Shown: piece after piece, positions 50,881 to 60,116 of the stretch
Layout: the number at the start of each line of letters is the position of its first letter
Numbering within the stretch: position 1 is the first letter of the stretch
DNA from: an uncultured Bacilli bacterium
GTDB taxonomy: Bacteria > Bacillota_I > Bacilli_A > RFN20 > CAG-449
Assembly: GCA_947632435.1 (NCBI GenBank)
Contig: CANRPC010000010.1
Location: forward strand, 643-64,642
DNA length: 64,000 nt
Reading direction: 5' to 3'
The notes under the pieces: generated by a model
Database searches by the model: none
Seen by the model: only the letters and a program-made list of their open reading frames with translations
Told to the model about the DNA's origin: nothing
Program-made: the position numbers and the translations under genes

Positions 50881-51489
50881 ATGGATTTTAAAGGTTACGC
50901 AAGAAAAAAGGCAATTGCTTTAAAAAGAAATTTCTATACTATTCCATTTGTCTTTAATATAATTACTCTTGTCATATTTACATGTGCAATTTATGTACAT
51001 GCTCAAGTATGTCCTCGTGTGGATTATCAAGAAACAAATAAATTTATTTTACAACTTAATCACTTGAATGCTTTATTCTTATTTATTATTACTTTATTTT
51101 CTATTTTAGCAGTTGTTGCTTATATAAAATATATGGGAAGAATCAAGAATTATTTCATGTTATTTATCTATTATGTTCTTTCAATTTCTCAAATTATTCT
51201 TGAAGTATTCTTACTAATCGGTATTCAAAAAGATTACCAAGTGAAAAAAGTTGCCGATAATCCAAGCGCAGCATTATTACAAACTATATCATTAGAAAAA
51301 AATTCAATTTTCTTAATTTATTTACATTTCGTTTTTTTAGGAATTACATTAATTATTGTTAGCTTTGCACCTCTTATTCAAAAATTATTAAAATCTGTTA
51401 AATTTTCACATATTAGTGAAGATGGTTCTATAGAAGTAAATGCTACTGAAGAAACTATTAGTGAAACAGTTAATAGTGAAGAAAAATAA
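50881..51489 (+). CDS. Uncharacterised 4-TM membrane protein
   Basis: SD AGGAGG; four hydrophobic segments; acidic tail. Confidence 0.75.
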   Translation: MDFKGYARKKAIALKRNFYTIPFVFNIITLVIFTCAIYVHAQVCPRVDYQETNKFILQLNHLNALFLFIITLFSILAVVAYIKYMGRIKNYFMLFIYYVLSISQIILEVFLLIGIQKDYQVKKVADNPSAALLQTISLEKNSIFLIYLHFVFLGITLIIVSFAPLIQKLLKSVKFSHISEDGSIEVNATEETISETVNSEEK

Positions 51490-51491
51490 TA

Positions 51492-52031
51492 ATGAAAAAA
51501 GATAAAAAAACAAAAGAAACTATAGAAATGGATCCTTATGCAATTGATAAGTTGCATAAGGTTCCTTTTTGGCTTAAGGTGCTTTTTCTAAAATATTGGT
51601 TTTATGGAGCATTAAACTTTTATACTCTTATTGGAATATATGCTTCTGATACTAATTGGCAATGGAGAGCTATTTTTACTGGTTTAATTGGTGGTGCATT
51701 CCATGATGTTGTTATTAATAAAATTATTTTATTATGGGAAACAGATAAGCACGAAGGACAGCATTTTACAATGATGCTTTCTAAAAAATATATTTCATTT
51801 ATAGTGAATATAATTTATTTTGTGGTAGTAATGGTAATTTCTTATATTTTAATTAACTGGTTAGGATTTATTTTTAATGAAAAATTAAAAGTTAATTTTG
51901 TTCCAGGACAAGAGCCATTTTCTTTTGCATTAATAATATTAATTGTTGATGGCATATTTTTAATTATTAAGTATATAATTAAACGTATTATTAATTTAAT
52001 TAAAAGTAAAAAAAATGCTAGCGATAACTAG
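51492..52031 (+). CDS. Uncharacterised membrane protein
   Basis: About four hydrophobic segments; closely coupled to the upstream gene. Confidence 0.72.
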   Translation: MKKDKKTKETIEMDPYAIDKLHKVPFWLKVLFLKYWFYGALNFYTLIGIYASDTNWQWRAIFTGLIGGAFHDVVINKIILLWETDKHEGQHFTMMLSKKYISFIVNIIYFVVVMVISYILINWLGFIFNEKLKVNFVPGQEPFSFALIILIVDGIFLIIKYIIKRIINLIKSKKNASDN

Positions 52032-52102
52032 AAATTTGTGCTTTGAATACTATAAATAAATTTATAAAATAACTATAATATTTATGAACAAGGAGGTTTA
52101 TT

Positions 52103-53191
52103 ATGGCTGAATTAAAATTAGTCAATATTGATAAAATTTATGATAATGGCTTTGAAGCAGTTCATAAATTTAATCTTGATATTAAAAATAATGAATTTAT
52201 TATTTTTGTTGGTCCATCTGGATGTGGTAAATCAACAACTTTAAGAATGATTGCTGGACTTGAAGAAATTACCAAAGGTGAATTATATATTGATGGTAAA
52301 TTAGTTAATAATTTGTCACCTAATGAAAGAGGCATTGCGATGGTTTTCCAAAGTTATGCTTTGTATCCTACAATGACTGTTTATGATAATTTGGCATTTG
52401 GATTGCGATTAAAAGGTTTTGATGAAGATGAAATTGAAGAAAGAGTTAATGAAGTTTCTAAAATTTTAGGTCTTGAAAAATATCTTCAAAGAAAACCAAA
52501 AAATTTATCTGGTGGACAAAGACAAAGAGTGGCACTTGGTAGATCCTTAATTCGCCATACGAAAGTCTTCTTAATGGATGAACCTTTATCAAATTTGGAT
52601 GCAATTCAAAGAGTTAATATGCGTTCTGAAATTATTAAAATTCATCGTCGTGTTGGAGCAACAACTATTTATGTTACCCATGACCAAGTTGAAGCAATGA
52701 CAATGGCAGATAGAATTGTTGTTATGAAAGATGGTTATATTCAACAAGTTGGTACACCAAAAGAATTATATTTTAAGCCATATAATTTATTCGTTGCAGG
52801 ATTTATTGGTGATCCTCCTATGAATTTCTTTAATGGCAAAATAGATGGTGAAAATTTTGTAACTGAGGATGGATATGTATTTAAACTTTCAGGATATGAT
52901 AAAGAGCATTTAAGTCGTATTGCTGAACATGAACATGTTGTTATGGGCTTTAGACCAGAAGATTGTTCTACTGAATTTCTTTCAGTTCCTGCGATAAAAG
53001 AAAATATGATTGTGGAAATCAATGAAATGCTTGGTGATACTTTAAATATATATGGTGATATTGGTTGCAATAAGATGGTTGTTCGTACTAACCCATTTAC
53101 AAAATTTGAGTTAGATAAAGAATTCCATTTTGAAGTTGCCTACGAACATTTACATTTCTTTGATAAAGATACAACAAATAGAATTTATTAA
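52103..53191 (+). CDS. MalK/MsmX-type sugar ABC ATPase 2
   Basis: GPSGCGKST, LSGGQRQR, DEPLSNLDA, VTHDQVEAMTMADR. Confidence 0.93.
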   Translation: MAELKLVNIDKIYDNGFEAVHKFNLDIKNNEFIIFVGPSGCGKSTTLRMIAGLEEITKGELYIDGKLVNNLSPNERGIAMVFQSYALYPTMTVYDNLAFGLRLKGFDEDEIEERVNEVSKILGLEKYLQRKPKNLSGGQRQRVALGRSLIRHTKVFLMDEPLSNLDAIQRVNMRSEIIKIHRRVGATTIYVTHDQVEAMTMADRIVVMKDGYIQQVGTPKELYFKPYNLFVAGFIGDPPMNFFNGKIDGENFVTEDGYVFKLSGYDKEHLSRIAEHEHVVMGFRPEDCSTEFLSVPAIKENMIVEINEMLGDTLNIYGDIGCNKMVVRTNPFTKFELDKEFHFEVAYEHLHFFDKDTTNRIY

Positions 53192-53201
53192 TTTTTTATT
53201 C

Positions 53202-53237
53202 ACTCATATACTCTTTTATTGATTAGAGTATATGAGT
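53202..53237 (+). terminator. Hairpin between transporter and catabolic genes
   Basis: ACTCATATACTCT-N10-AGAGTATATGAGT, followed by T-rich sequence. Confidence 0.7.
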
Positions 53238-53261
53238 TTCTTATTTTTTAGGAGGAAAAAT

Positions 53262-54803
53262 ATGTTTGAATTTATTTTTGTTTCGCCTACTTCACTAACT
53301 ATTGAATTAATTAATAAAGATATTTATTACACGAAAAAAGAATATGATGTTTATCTTGATGATAAATTATTAAAAAAAGGTGTAAAAACAAATGTTGTTT
53401 CTTTATATGATTTGATTCCAAATAGAGAGTATAAAGTAAGAATAGATGATTGCGAAAAAAAAGTCCGTACAAAAAATGTAAGCTGCATTTTTGATATTAT
53501 GGATTTTGGTGTTCATAAAAATGGAACCGATGATGACACAAAAGCTATTAATCAAGCCATTATGATGACTCCTGAAAATGGTTTACTTGTTTTTCCTGAA
53601 GGAGTTTATAGAATTACATCTTTATTTTTGAAATCAAATATTTTTATTGAACTAAAAAAAGGTGCAATATTATTAGCTTCCGAAAATGTGGATGATTATC
53701 CTATATTTACTGGTGAATTACCTAGATATGATATTGATGATAATGTTCAATTAGGACAATGGGAAGGAAGTCCGTTCCCTAATAAAGCTTCTATTATTGC
53801 AGGTTATTGGTTAAATAATGTTTATTTATATGGCGAAGGCACTATTGATGGCAATGCACAAAATAGTACATGGTGGATTAATCATAAAACTCATCCATGG
53901 GGACGTCCAAGATTATTATTTTTAGATGGTTGTAATGATGTTCAAATTCAAGGTTTATCTTTTCAAAATACTCCTTGTTGGACACTTCATCCTTTCTTTT
54001 CAAAAAAAATTGGATTTTATGATATTAGAGTAACAAATCCCAAAGATTCACCTAATACAGATGGAATGGATCCTGAATCTTGTGATGATGTAAAAATTAT
54101 TGGTGTTATTTTCTCTGTTGGCGATGATTGTATTGCTATTAAATCTGGAAAAATGTATATGGGAATGAAATATAAAACACCAAGTTCTAATTTTATCATC
54201 CGCAATTGTTTAATGAAAGATGGTCATGGTGCTATAGTTTTAGGATCAGAGATGTCTGGTGGAATAAATAATTTGCAAGTGGAAAGATGTATTTTCCAAA
54301 ATACTGATCGCGGATTAAGAATTAAAACCCGTAGGGGAAGAGGAAAATATGCCATTATAGATGGTGTTGAATTTAAAGATATAATTATGGATGGAGTATT
54401 AACACCACTTGTCATTAATATGTTTTATTTTTGTGATCCTGATGGAAAAACAGAATATGTTTATTCTAAAGAAAAATTGCCAGTCGATGATAGAACTCCA
54501 TATTTAGGTAAATTTACTTTTAAAAATATTGTGGCGACAAATGTTGAATGGGCTGCAGGATATTTTTACGGTTTACCAGAAAGACCAATTGAAGAAATAA
54601 ATATTGAAAATTGTACCTTTGAATATAAATTAGATGCTACTGAAGGATGCCCTGCAATGATGTCATTTGCAGAAAAAGTTTCTAAACGTGGTTTTTCTTT
54701 AAATTATGTTAATAAAGTTTCATTAAAAAATGTAAAACTATTTGGTAATGTCGGCGAAAGAGTTATAATAAATAATGTAGAAAGCATTACTGATGATGAA
54801 TAA
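53262..54803 (+). CDS. GH28 polygalacturonase, no signal peptide
   Basis: All four GH28 motifs: NTD, GDD, GHG, RIK. Start ATG 53262 after GGAGG. Confidence 0.93.
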   Translation: MFEFIFVSPTSLTIELINKDIYYTKKEYDVYLDDKLLKKGVKTNVVSLYDLIPNREYKVRIDDCEKKVRTKNVSCIFDIMDFGVHKNGTDDDTKAINQAIMMTPENGLLVFPEGVYRITSLFLKSNIFIELKKGAILLASENVDDYPIFTGELPRYDIDDNVQLGQWEGSPFPNKASIIAGYWLNNVYLYGEGTIDGNAQNSTWWINHKTHPWGRPRLLFLDGCNDVQIQGLSFQNTPCWTLHPFFSKKIGFYDIRVTNPKDSPNTDGMDPESCDDVKIIGVIFSVGDDCIAIKSGKMYMGMKYKTPSSNFIIRNCLMKDGHGAIVLGSEMSGGINNLQVERCIFQNTDRGLRIKTRRGRGKYAIIDGVEFKDIIMDGVLTPLVINMFYFCDPDGKTEYVYSKEKLPVDDRTPYLGKFTFKNIVATNVEWAAGYFYGLPERPIEEINIENCTFEYKLDATEGCPAMMSFAEKVSKRGFSLNYVNKVSLKNVKLFGNVGERVIINNVESITDDE

Positions 54804-55395
54804 TTTGAATCTATATATCAAGTTAAATAAAGAATTGAGTCATAGAAAAGCAGAATTTGTTTTTAAATCAATTATAGGTAATTCTTTTCAATTAAATTGG
54901 GGTGATGATGAGATATTTGGGAGTTTAGTACTAGAACATCCAACTACTCAATTTGTTAATTTAAAGTTAAATTATGATGCTTTATGTTCTGATTTAATGG
55001 ATGATGTTACTATCGTCATTGTTCCAAGATTTGAAGATACATTAGAAAAAATTGTTCGTGAAAAATGTCAACCTGGACTTTATCCTATTGTAAAAATTCT
55101 TCCTCAACTTTTAAATGAAGATGAAGAATTGTTTGAAAAATTAAGTGAATTTAAAAATAAGGTTAATGAAGATATTCTTGAAACGGTAAAAGTTTATTTA
55201 GAGTTAAATATGTCTGTGAATATGGTTGCTAGGCTTGTCTATACACACCGTAATACGGTAAATTACCGAATTACAAGATTTATTGAAATGACAGGGATAG
55301 ATATACGTTCATCATTAAACGGTTATTATGTTTATATGCTTATATCCTGGAAGAATCCAGTTTATAATAAAATTAAAGAGGAGGAAAATTTATGA
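54793..55395 (+). CDS. PucR/CdaR-type C-terminal HTH regulator
   Basis: ETVKVYLE.N.SV...AR..YTHRNTVNYRI.R..E.TG.D. Confidence 0.85.
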   Translation: MMNNLNLYIKLNKELSHRKAEFVFKSIIGNSFQLNWGDDEIFGSLVLEHPTTQFVNLKLNYDALCSDLMDDVTIVIVPRFEDTLEKIVREKCQPGLYPIVKILPQLLNEDEELFEKLSEFKNKVNEDILETVKVYLELNMSVNMVARLVYTHRNTVNYRITRFIEMTGIDIRSSLNGYYVYMLISWKNPVYNKIKEEENL

Positions 55396-56003
55396 CTATT
55401 CTAGAAAAAATTCAAGAAGTCAAATTAGTACCAGTTGTTGTACTAAACAAAGTAGAAGATACTTTACCAACAATTAAAGCTTTGCATGATGGCGATGTTC
55501 CAGTTGCAGAAATTTGTTTTAGAACACCTTGTGCAGCTGAATGCATTAAAAAAGCATGTGAAGCATATCCTAATGATTTAATTGGTGCTGGTACTGTAAT
55601 TAACGCTAAACAATGTGAAGAAGCTATTGCTTGTGGCGCAAAATTTATTGTATCACCTGGTTTATCAAGATCAGTATACGAAGTTTGTAAAAAACATAAT
55701 GTTCCATATTTACCAGGTATTGTCACACCTACTGAAATTATGGAAGCATTAGAATTAGGTTTAACAACATTGAAATTCTTCCCTGCAGGAGTATTTGGAG
55801 GACTTAAAGCAATTAAAGCTTTAGGTGCAGCATTCCCATCTGTTAAATTCATGCCTACTGGTGGAGTTAATAATGAAAATTTAAAAGAATTTGTTGAATG
55901 TGATAAAATTCTTGCATGTGGCGGTTCTTGGTTAGTAAAAAAAGATCCTGCAGAAACTGTAAAAGTTTGCTTAGAAGCTAGAAAGATTATTAAAGGAGAA
56001 TAA
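55392..56003 (+). CDS. eda: KDPG/KHG aldolase
   Basis: EICFRT, GAGTV, FIVSPG, LKFFPA, PTGGV. Confidence 0.95.
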   Translation: MTILEKIQEVKLVPVVVLNKVEDTLPTIKALHDGDVPVAEICFRTPCAAECIKKACEAYPNDLIGAGTVINAKQCEEAIACGAKFIVSPGLSRSVYEVCKKHNVPYLPGIVTPTEIMEALELGLTTLKFFPAGVFGGLKAIKALGAAFPSVKFMPTGGVNNENLKEFVECDKILACGGSWLVKKDPAETVKVCLEARKIIKGE

Positions 56004-56006
56004 AAA

Positions 56007-57032
56007 ATGGCAAAAGTAGTTACAATGGGCGAAATAATGCTTCGCTTATCAACACCTGGAAATAAAAGATTTGTACAATCTGATGTATTTGATGTAGTTT
56101 ATGGCGGTGGTGAAGCTAATGTTGCAGTCAGCTGCGCTAATTATGGACACGATGCATATTTTGTATCAAAATTACCTACTCATGAAATTGGTCAATCAGC
56201 AGTAAATGCTTTAAGAAAATATGGAGTTCATACAGATTATATTGCTCGTGGTGGCGATAGAGTTGGTATTTATTATCTTGAAACAGGTGCTTCAATGCGC
56301 CCTTCAAAAGTAATTTATGATCGTGCACATTCTGCAATTGCTGAAGCAGATGTTAAAGATTTTGATTTTGATAAAATTATGGAAGGTGCTTCTTGGTTCC
56401 ACTGGTCAGGAATTACACCTGCAATTTCTGATAAAGCAGCAGAACTTGTTAAATTAGCTTGTCAAGCTGCAAAACGTCATGGAGTTACAGTATCTTGTGA
56501 TTTAAATTTCCGTAAAAAATTATGGACATCAGAAAAAGCAATTTCTATTATGCGTCCATTAATGGAATATGTAGATGTTTGTATTGGTAATGAAGAAGAT
56601 GCTGAATTATGTTTAGGCTTTAAACCAGAAGCTAATGTTGAAGCTGGTGAAACAGGTGCTGAAGGTTATAAAGGCATTTTTAAACAAATGGCTAAAGAAT
56701 TTAATTTTAAATATGTAATTTCTACATTGCGTGAATCATTTTCCGCAACACATAATGGTTGGAAAGCATTAATTTATAACGGAAAAGAATTCTATGAATC
56801 AAAACGTTATGATATTAATCCAATTATTGATCGTGTTGGTGGAGGAGATTCCTTCTCTGGTGGAATTATTCATGGATTATTAACTTATCCTAATGATCAA
56901 GGAAAAGCATTAGAGTTTGCAGTTGCAGCATCAGCTTTAAAGCATACAATTAATGGTGATTTCAATTTAGTATCAACTTCAGAAGTTGAATCACTTGCTG
57001 GTGGCAATGCAAATGGACGTGTACAACGTTAA
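56007..57032 (+). CDS. kdgK: 2-keto-3-deoxygluconate kinase (PfkB family)
   Basis: GEIMLRL, GGGEANVA, HWSGITPA, DLNFRKKLW, DRVGGGDSF; follows eda. Confidence 0.92.
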   Translation: MAKVVTMGEIMLRLSTPGNKRFVQSDVFDVVYGGGEANVAVSCANYGHDAYFVSKLPTHEIGQSAVNALRKYGVHTDYIARGGDRVGIYYLETGASMRPSKVIYDRAHSAIAEADVKDFDFDKIMEGASWFHWSGITPAISDKAAELVKLACQAAKRHGVTVSCDLNFRKKLWTSEKAISIMRPLMEYVDVCIGNEEDAELCLGFKPEANVEAGETGAEGYKGIFKQMAKEFNFKYVISTLRESFSATHNGWKALIYNGKEFYESKRYDINPIIDRVGGGDSFSGGIIHGLLTYPNDQGKALEFAVAASALKHTINGDFNLVSTSEVESLAGGNANGRVQR

Positions 57033-57143
57033 TTAAATAACTTAAAATTAATTTTAAAGCAGGAGAATTAATTTATCTTCTGCTTTTTATTTTTTGATAA
57101 AAGATACTTGATTATGCTAAAATAATAATTAATGGAGAAAGTT

Positions 57144-57308
57144 ATGCGATTTAAAGAAATAAAACCAATTGAAAGACCAGAAGATGAAAAAAAATTTTCT
57201 TTAAAAAATCCAGAAGATAGAGCAATCATTATTTCATTAGCAATTGTTATCACTATTGTAATTATAATTATTGTTCTTCTTGTTCTTTTTGGTGGATTTT
57301 TCAATTAA
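57144..57308 (+). CDS. Small (54 aa) C-terminally anchored membrane protein, absent from the ORF track
   Basis: SD GGAG 6 nt before ATG; MRFKEIKPIERPEDEKKFSLKNPEDRAIIISLAIVITIVIIIIVLLVLFGGFFN; same strand as its neighbours. Confidence 0.65.
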   Translation: MRFKEIKPIERPEDEKKFSLKNPEDRAIIISLAIVITIVIIIIVLLVLFGGFFN

Positions 57309-57322
57309 CTTAGGAGGTAATT

Positions 57323-58297
57323 ATGGATTATCAAAAAATATTAGAAAAAATAGAAGAATATTCAAAAATTATTGTTTTTCGACATGAAATGCCTGATTTT
57401 GATGCACTTGGATCACAATTTGGTTTATTTACTTGGCTTAAAGATAATTTTAAAAATAAAGATATTTATATAACGGGTTCAGATCATGTTACGTTTACTC
57501 CTAATTTATATCCGCATATTGAAATTTTAAATGATAGTTACTTTGATGATGATTTTTTAGCAATTGTTTTAGATACTGGTAATACAAAACGTATTGATGA
57601 TAAACGTTATTCAAGAGCTACAGAAATTATTAAAATCGATCATCATCCAAATCTTGAGCCATATGGAACAATTAATTATGTTGTTGATGATGCTTCTTCA
57701 TGTGGTGAAATAGTCGCAGACTTTATTTTCTATTTTTCAAACAAATATAAAATAAGTAAAGAATGCGCTAAATATTTGTATTCCGCTATTGTGGGTGATA
57801 CAGGACGTTTTTTATATGCCTCAACTAGTGCTTCTACTTTAGAAATTGGTGCAAAATTAATTAAGATTGGCTTTAATCCTTCTTTAGATGTTTATTTAAA
57901 AATGTATCAAAAAACTTATCATGATTTAGAAATAATGAAACATGTTTTGAATTCATGTGTATTTTTAGATAATGGAATTGCTTATTACATATTGATGGAT
58001 GAAGATTTGAAAAAGTTAAATATTCCTGTAGAAAGAGGAAAAGAAAATTTATCATTAATGTCTAATTTAGAAGATATAGAAGTTTGGATGTCAATTACTG
58101 AAAATAAAATTAAGGGTGAATTTAAAGTATCTATTCGCTCTAAACGCATTCCAATTAATGATATTGCTAATAATTATCAAGGTGGAGGTCATGATCTTGC
58201 AAGTGGAGCTACATTAGTTACAATTGATGAATTAGATAATTTAATTAATGATTTAGCAAAACGAATTGCAGAATATAAAAACAAATATTTATCTTAA
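57323..58297 (+). CDS. nrnA: DHH/DHHA1 nano-RNase / pAp phosphatase
   Basis: H..PD.DA.GS, IDHH, GDTGRF, SIRS, GGGH..ASG. Confidence 0.9.
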   Translation: MDYQKILEKIEEYSKIIVFRHEMPDFDALGSQFGLFTWLKDNFKNKDIYITGSDHVTFTPNLYPHIEILNDSYFDDDFLAIVLDTGNTKRIDDKRYSRATEIIKIDHHPNLEPYGTINYVVDDASSCGEIVADFIFYFSNKYKISKECAKYLYSAIVGDTGRFLYASTSASTLEIGAKLIKIGFNPSLDVYLKMYQKTYHDLEIMKHVLNSCVFLDNGIAYYILMDEDLKKLNIPVERGKENLSLMSNLEDIEVWMSITENKIKGEFKVSIRSKRIPINDIANNYQGGGHDLASGATLVTIDELDNLINDLAKRIAEYKNKYLS

Positions 58298-58373
58298 AAC
58301 GTTGATTAATCAACAATAAATATGTATATTATCTCTAGATTAAATTTTTATTAATTTATGAAGGAGATTTTTT

Positions 58374-59081
58374 ATGTGTAAAAATTTAATAACTCAATTG
58401 ATTTATAGAGTTATATTATGTCTTGTTTCAGCTTTTGCTTGTTTATTATCACTTGGTATATTTTATATTGGCGAAGATAAAGCAATTAATTTTTCATTTA
58501 ATTTTCTAAAATATTATACAAACATCAGTAATTATTTTGTTTTAATTGTTTCTTTAATTGTTTTAATTGACACTATTAAGCGTGTAAGAAATGGAGAAAA
58601 AGAAGGATATAATCGCAAATTAAGAACCTTTAAATTTATGACTGTAATTATGATTTTAGTTACTTTTTTAGTAGTAATTTTTTTATTAAATTCACCTTTA
58701 AAGGTTTCCTATTGGTTAAATGTTGGAAATATGTCTTATCATTTTTTAGCGCCCTTATTATTTATTCTTGATTATATATTTTTTGATGAAAAAAGAACAA
58801 TTAGTGTTTTTGCACCTCTTTATAGTTTGATTATTCCATTAATATATGTTATTTATATTTTTATTTTAGGAAAGGTTATTCCAAATTTTGAATATCCATA
58901 TTTTTTTCTTAATGTAAATAAAATAGGTTATATTGGAGTTTTAGGATGGGTTGGTATTCTGTTATTAATTTTTATAGTTTTAGGGTATTTACTTTGGTTT
59001 TATAATAGAGTTTATAAAATTGATGGGAAATGGAAATTAGATTTTAAGAAAAATATGTACAAATTAGAAAAAAATAAATAA
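58374..59081 (+). CDS. Pr6Pr-family membrane protein
   Basis: YYTNISN, H...P, YPYFFLN; six TM segments. Confidence 0.75.
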   Translation: MCKNLITQLIYRVILCLVSAFACLLSLGIFYIGEDKAINFSFNFLKYYTNISNYFVLIVSLIVLIDTIKRVRNGEKEGYNRKLRTFKFMTVIMILVTFLVVIFLLNSPLKVSYWLNVGNMSYHFLAPLLFILDYIFFDEKRTISVFAPLYSLIIPLIYVIYIFILGKVIPNFEYPYFFLNVNKIGYIGVLGWVGILLLIFIVLGYLLWFYNRVYKIDGKWKLDFKKNMYKLEKNK

Positions 59082-59131
59082 ATTTTTAGCTACTTTTTAA
59101 TAAATATGATTTTATGCCCATATAATTTTAT

Positions 59132-59497
59132 ATGACAGAAACAGAAATTAAAGAGCAAATTGGTCGTTATAAAAATCAAATTATCGCAATTATTTTTGTA
59201 ATTTTAGCGTTGCTTATATCAATTTATGTATTAAATATATTAATTAGAATTGCTAAATATGGTGATAGAAATAATGAATATAAAGATGTGATAAAAAAAA
59301 GCCAAATTGCTTCACTTATAATTTTAATTACTACTTTATATTTTGCATATGTAGCGTATGATACTTATAAAAAAAGTGAAACTAAGGCAAATTTTAATTT
59401 CTTAGTCGCAGTTATTTTTGTAACAATCGCAGCATTTATAAGATTTATTACAATCACAAATAATGGAGATGTAACAGGTGCTGAAGATGTTATTTAG
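59132..59497 (+). CDS. Small 3-TM membrane protein, probably leaderless
   Basis: Three hydrophobic segments; no SD; CATATAAT 5 nt before ATG. Confidence 0.65.
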   Translation: MTETEIKEQIGRYKNQIIAIIFVILALLISIYVLNILIRIAKYGDRNNEYKDVIKKSQIASLIILITTLYFAYVAYDTYKKSETKANFNFLVAVIFVTIAAFIRFITITNNGDVTGAEDVI

Positions 59498-60017
59498 AAA
59501 TGTATTTTTGATAAATTTCTTCTGTAACTTCTTTTAGAGATTTATTTTCATTATTAATGAAAAAATCAACACCATTTTTAGATTCATTATTAAAATTTAT
59601 ACGATCAAATAAAATTCTATTTTTAATGGTTTCTTCACTATCACCACGACTTTTCATACGTTCAATGCGTTTATTTTCATCTGCCATAATATAAAAAATT
59701 ACAATATCTTTATCATGTAAATTTAAAAAATTATTTTTTCCATTGGTGTCAACAATTAAAACTTTATCATTTTTAATTTCTTCTTTACTTGTTCCATAAT
59801 AATTACCATTGTAAATTGTGGTTTCTACAAAGTAATTTTGATTTTTTAATTTAATAAATTCTTCTACAGTTACAAAATGATAATCGACATCATTAATTTC
59901 ATTTTGTCTTTTTTTTCTTGTTGTGTGAGTAATGACCTTTTGAATATTATATAAATTTTTTAATTCTTTAGCAATTTCTGTTTTTCCAACTGCACTTGGT
60001 CCAATTAAAAGTATCAT
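59490..60017 (-). CDS. gmk: Guanylate kinase (compact form)
   Basis: GPSAVGKT, THTTR..R..E...VDYHF, YNGNYYGT, RMKSRGD. Confidence 0.85.
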   Translation of the reverse strand: MILLIGPSAVGKTEIAKELKNLYNIQKVITHTTRKKRQNEINDVDYHFVTVEEFIKLKNQNYFVETTIYNGNYYGTSKEEIKNDKVLIVDTNGKNNFLNLHDKDIVIFYIMADENKRIERMKSRGDSEETIKNRILFDRINFNNESKNGVDFFINNENKSLKEVTEEIYQKYISK

Positions 60018-60116
60018 TTTTTTTCCTCATTTCTTATAATAAAAAAAATAAAAAAAGTTTGCAAGAAATAATAAATTATTATTTTGCTTAATAAATTAAT
60101 TTATTATAATAAGAAT

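Noticed and set aside
57068-57304. 78-aa minus-strand ORF
   Set aside because: It is the antisense of a plus-strand ORF (57144..57308) that has a promoter, an SD and operon context.
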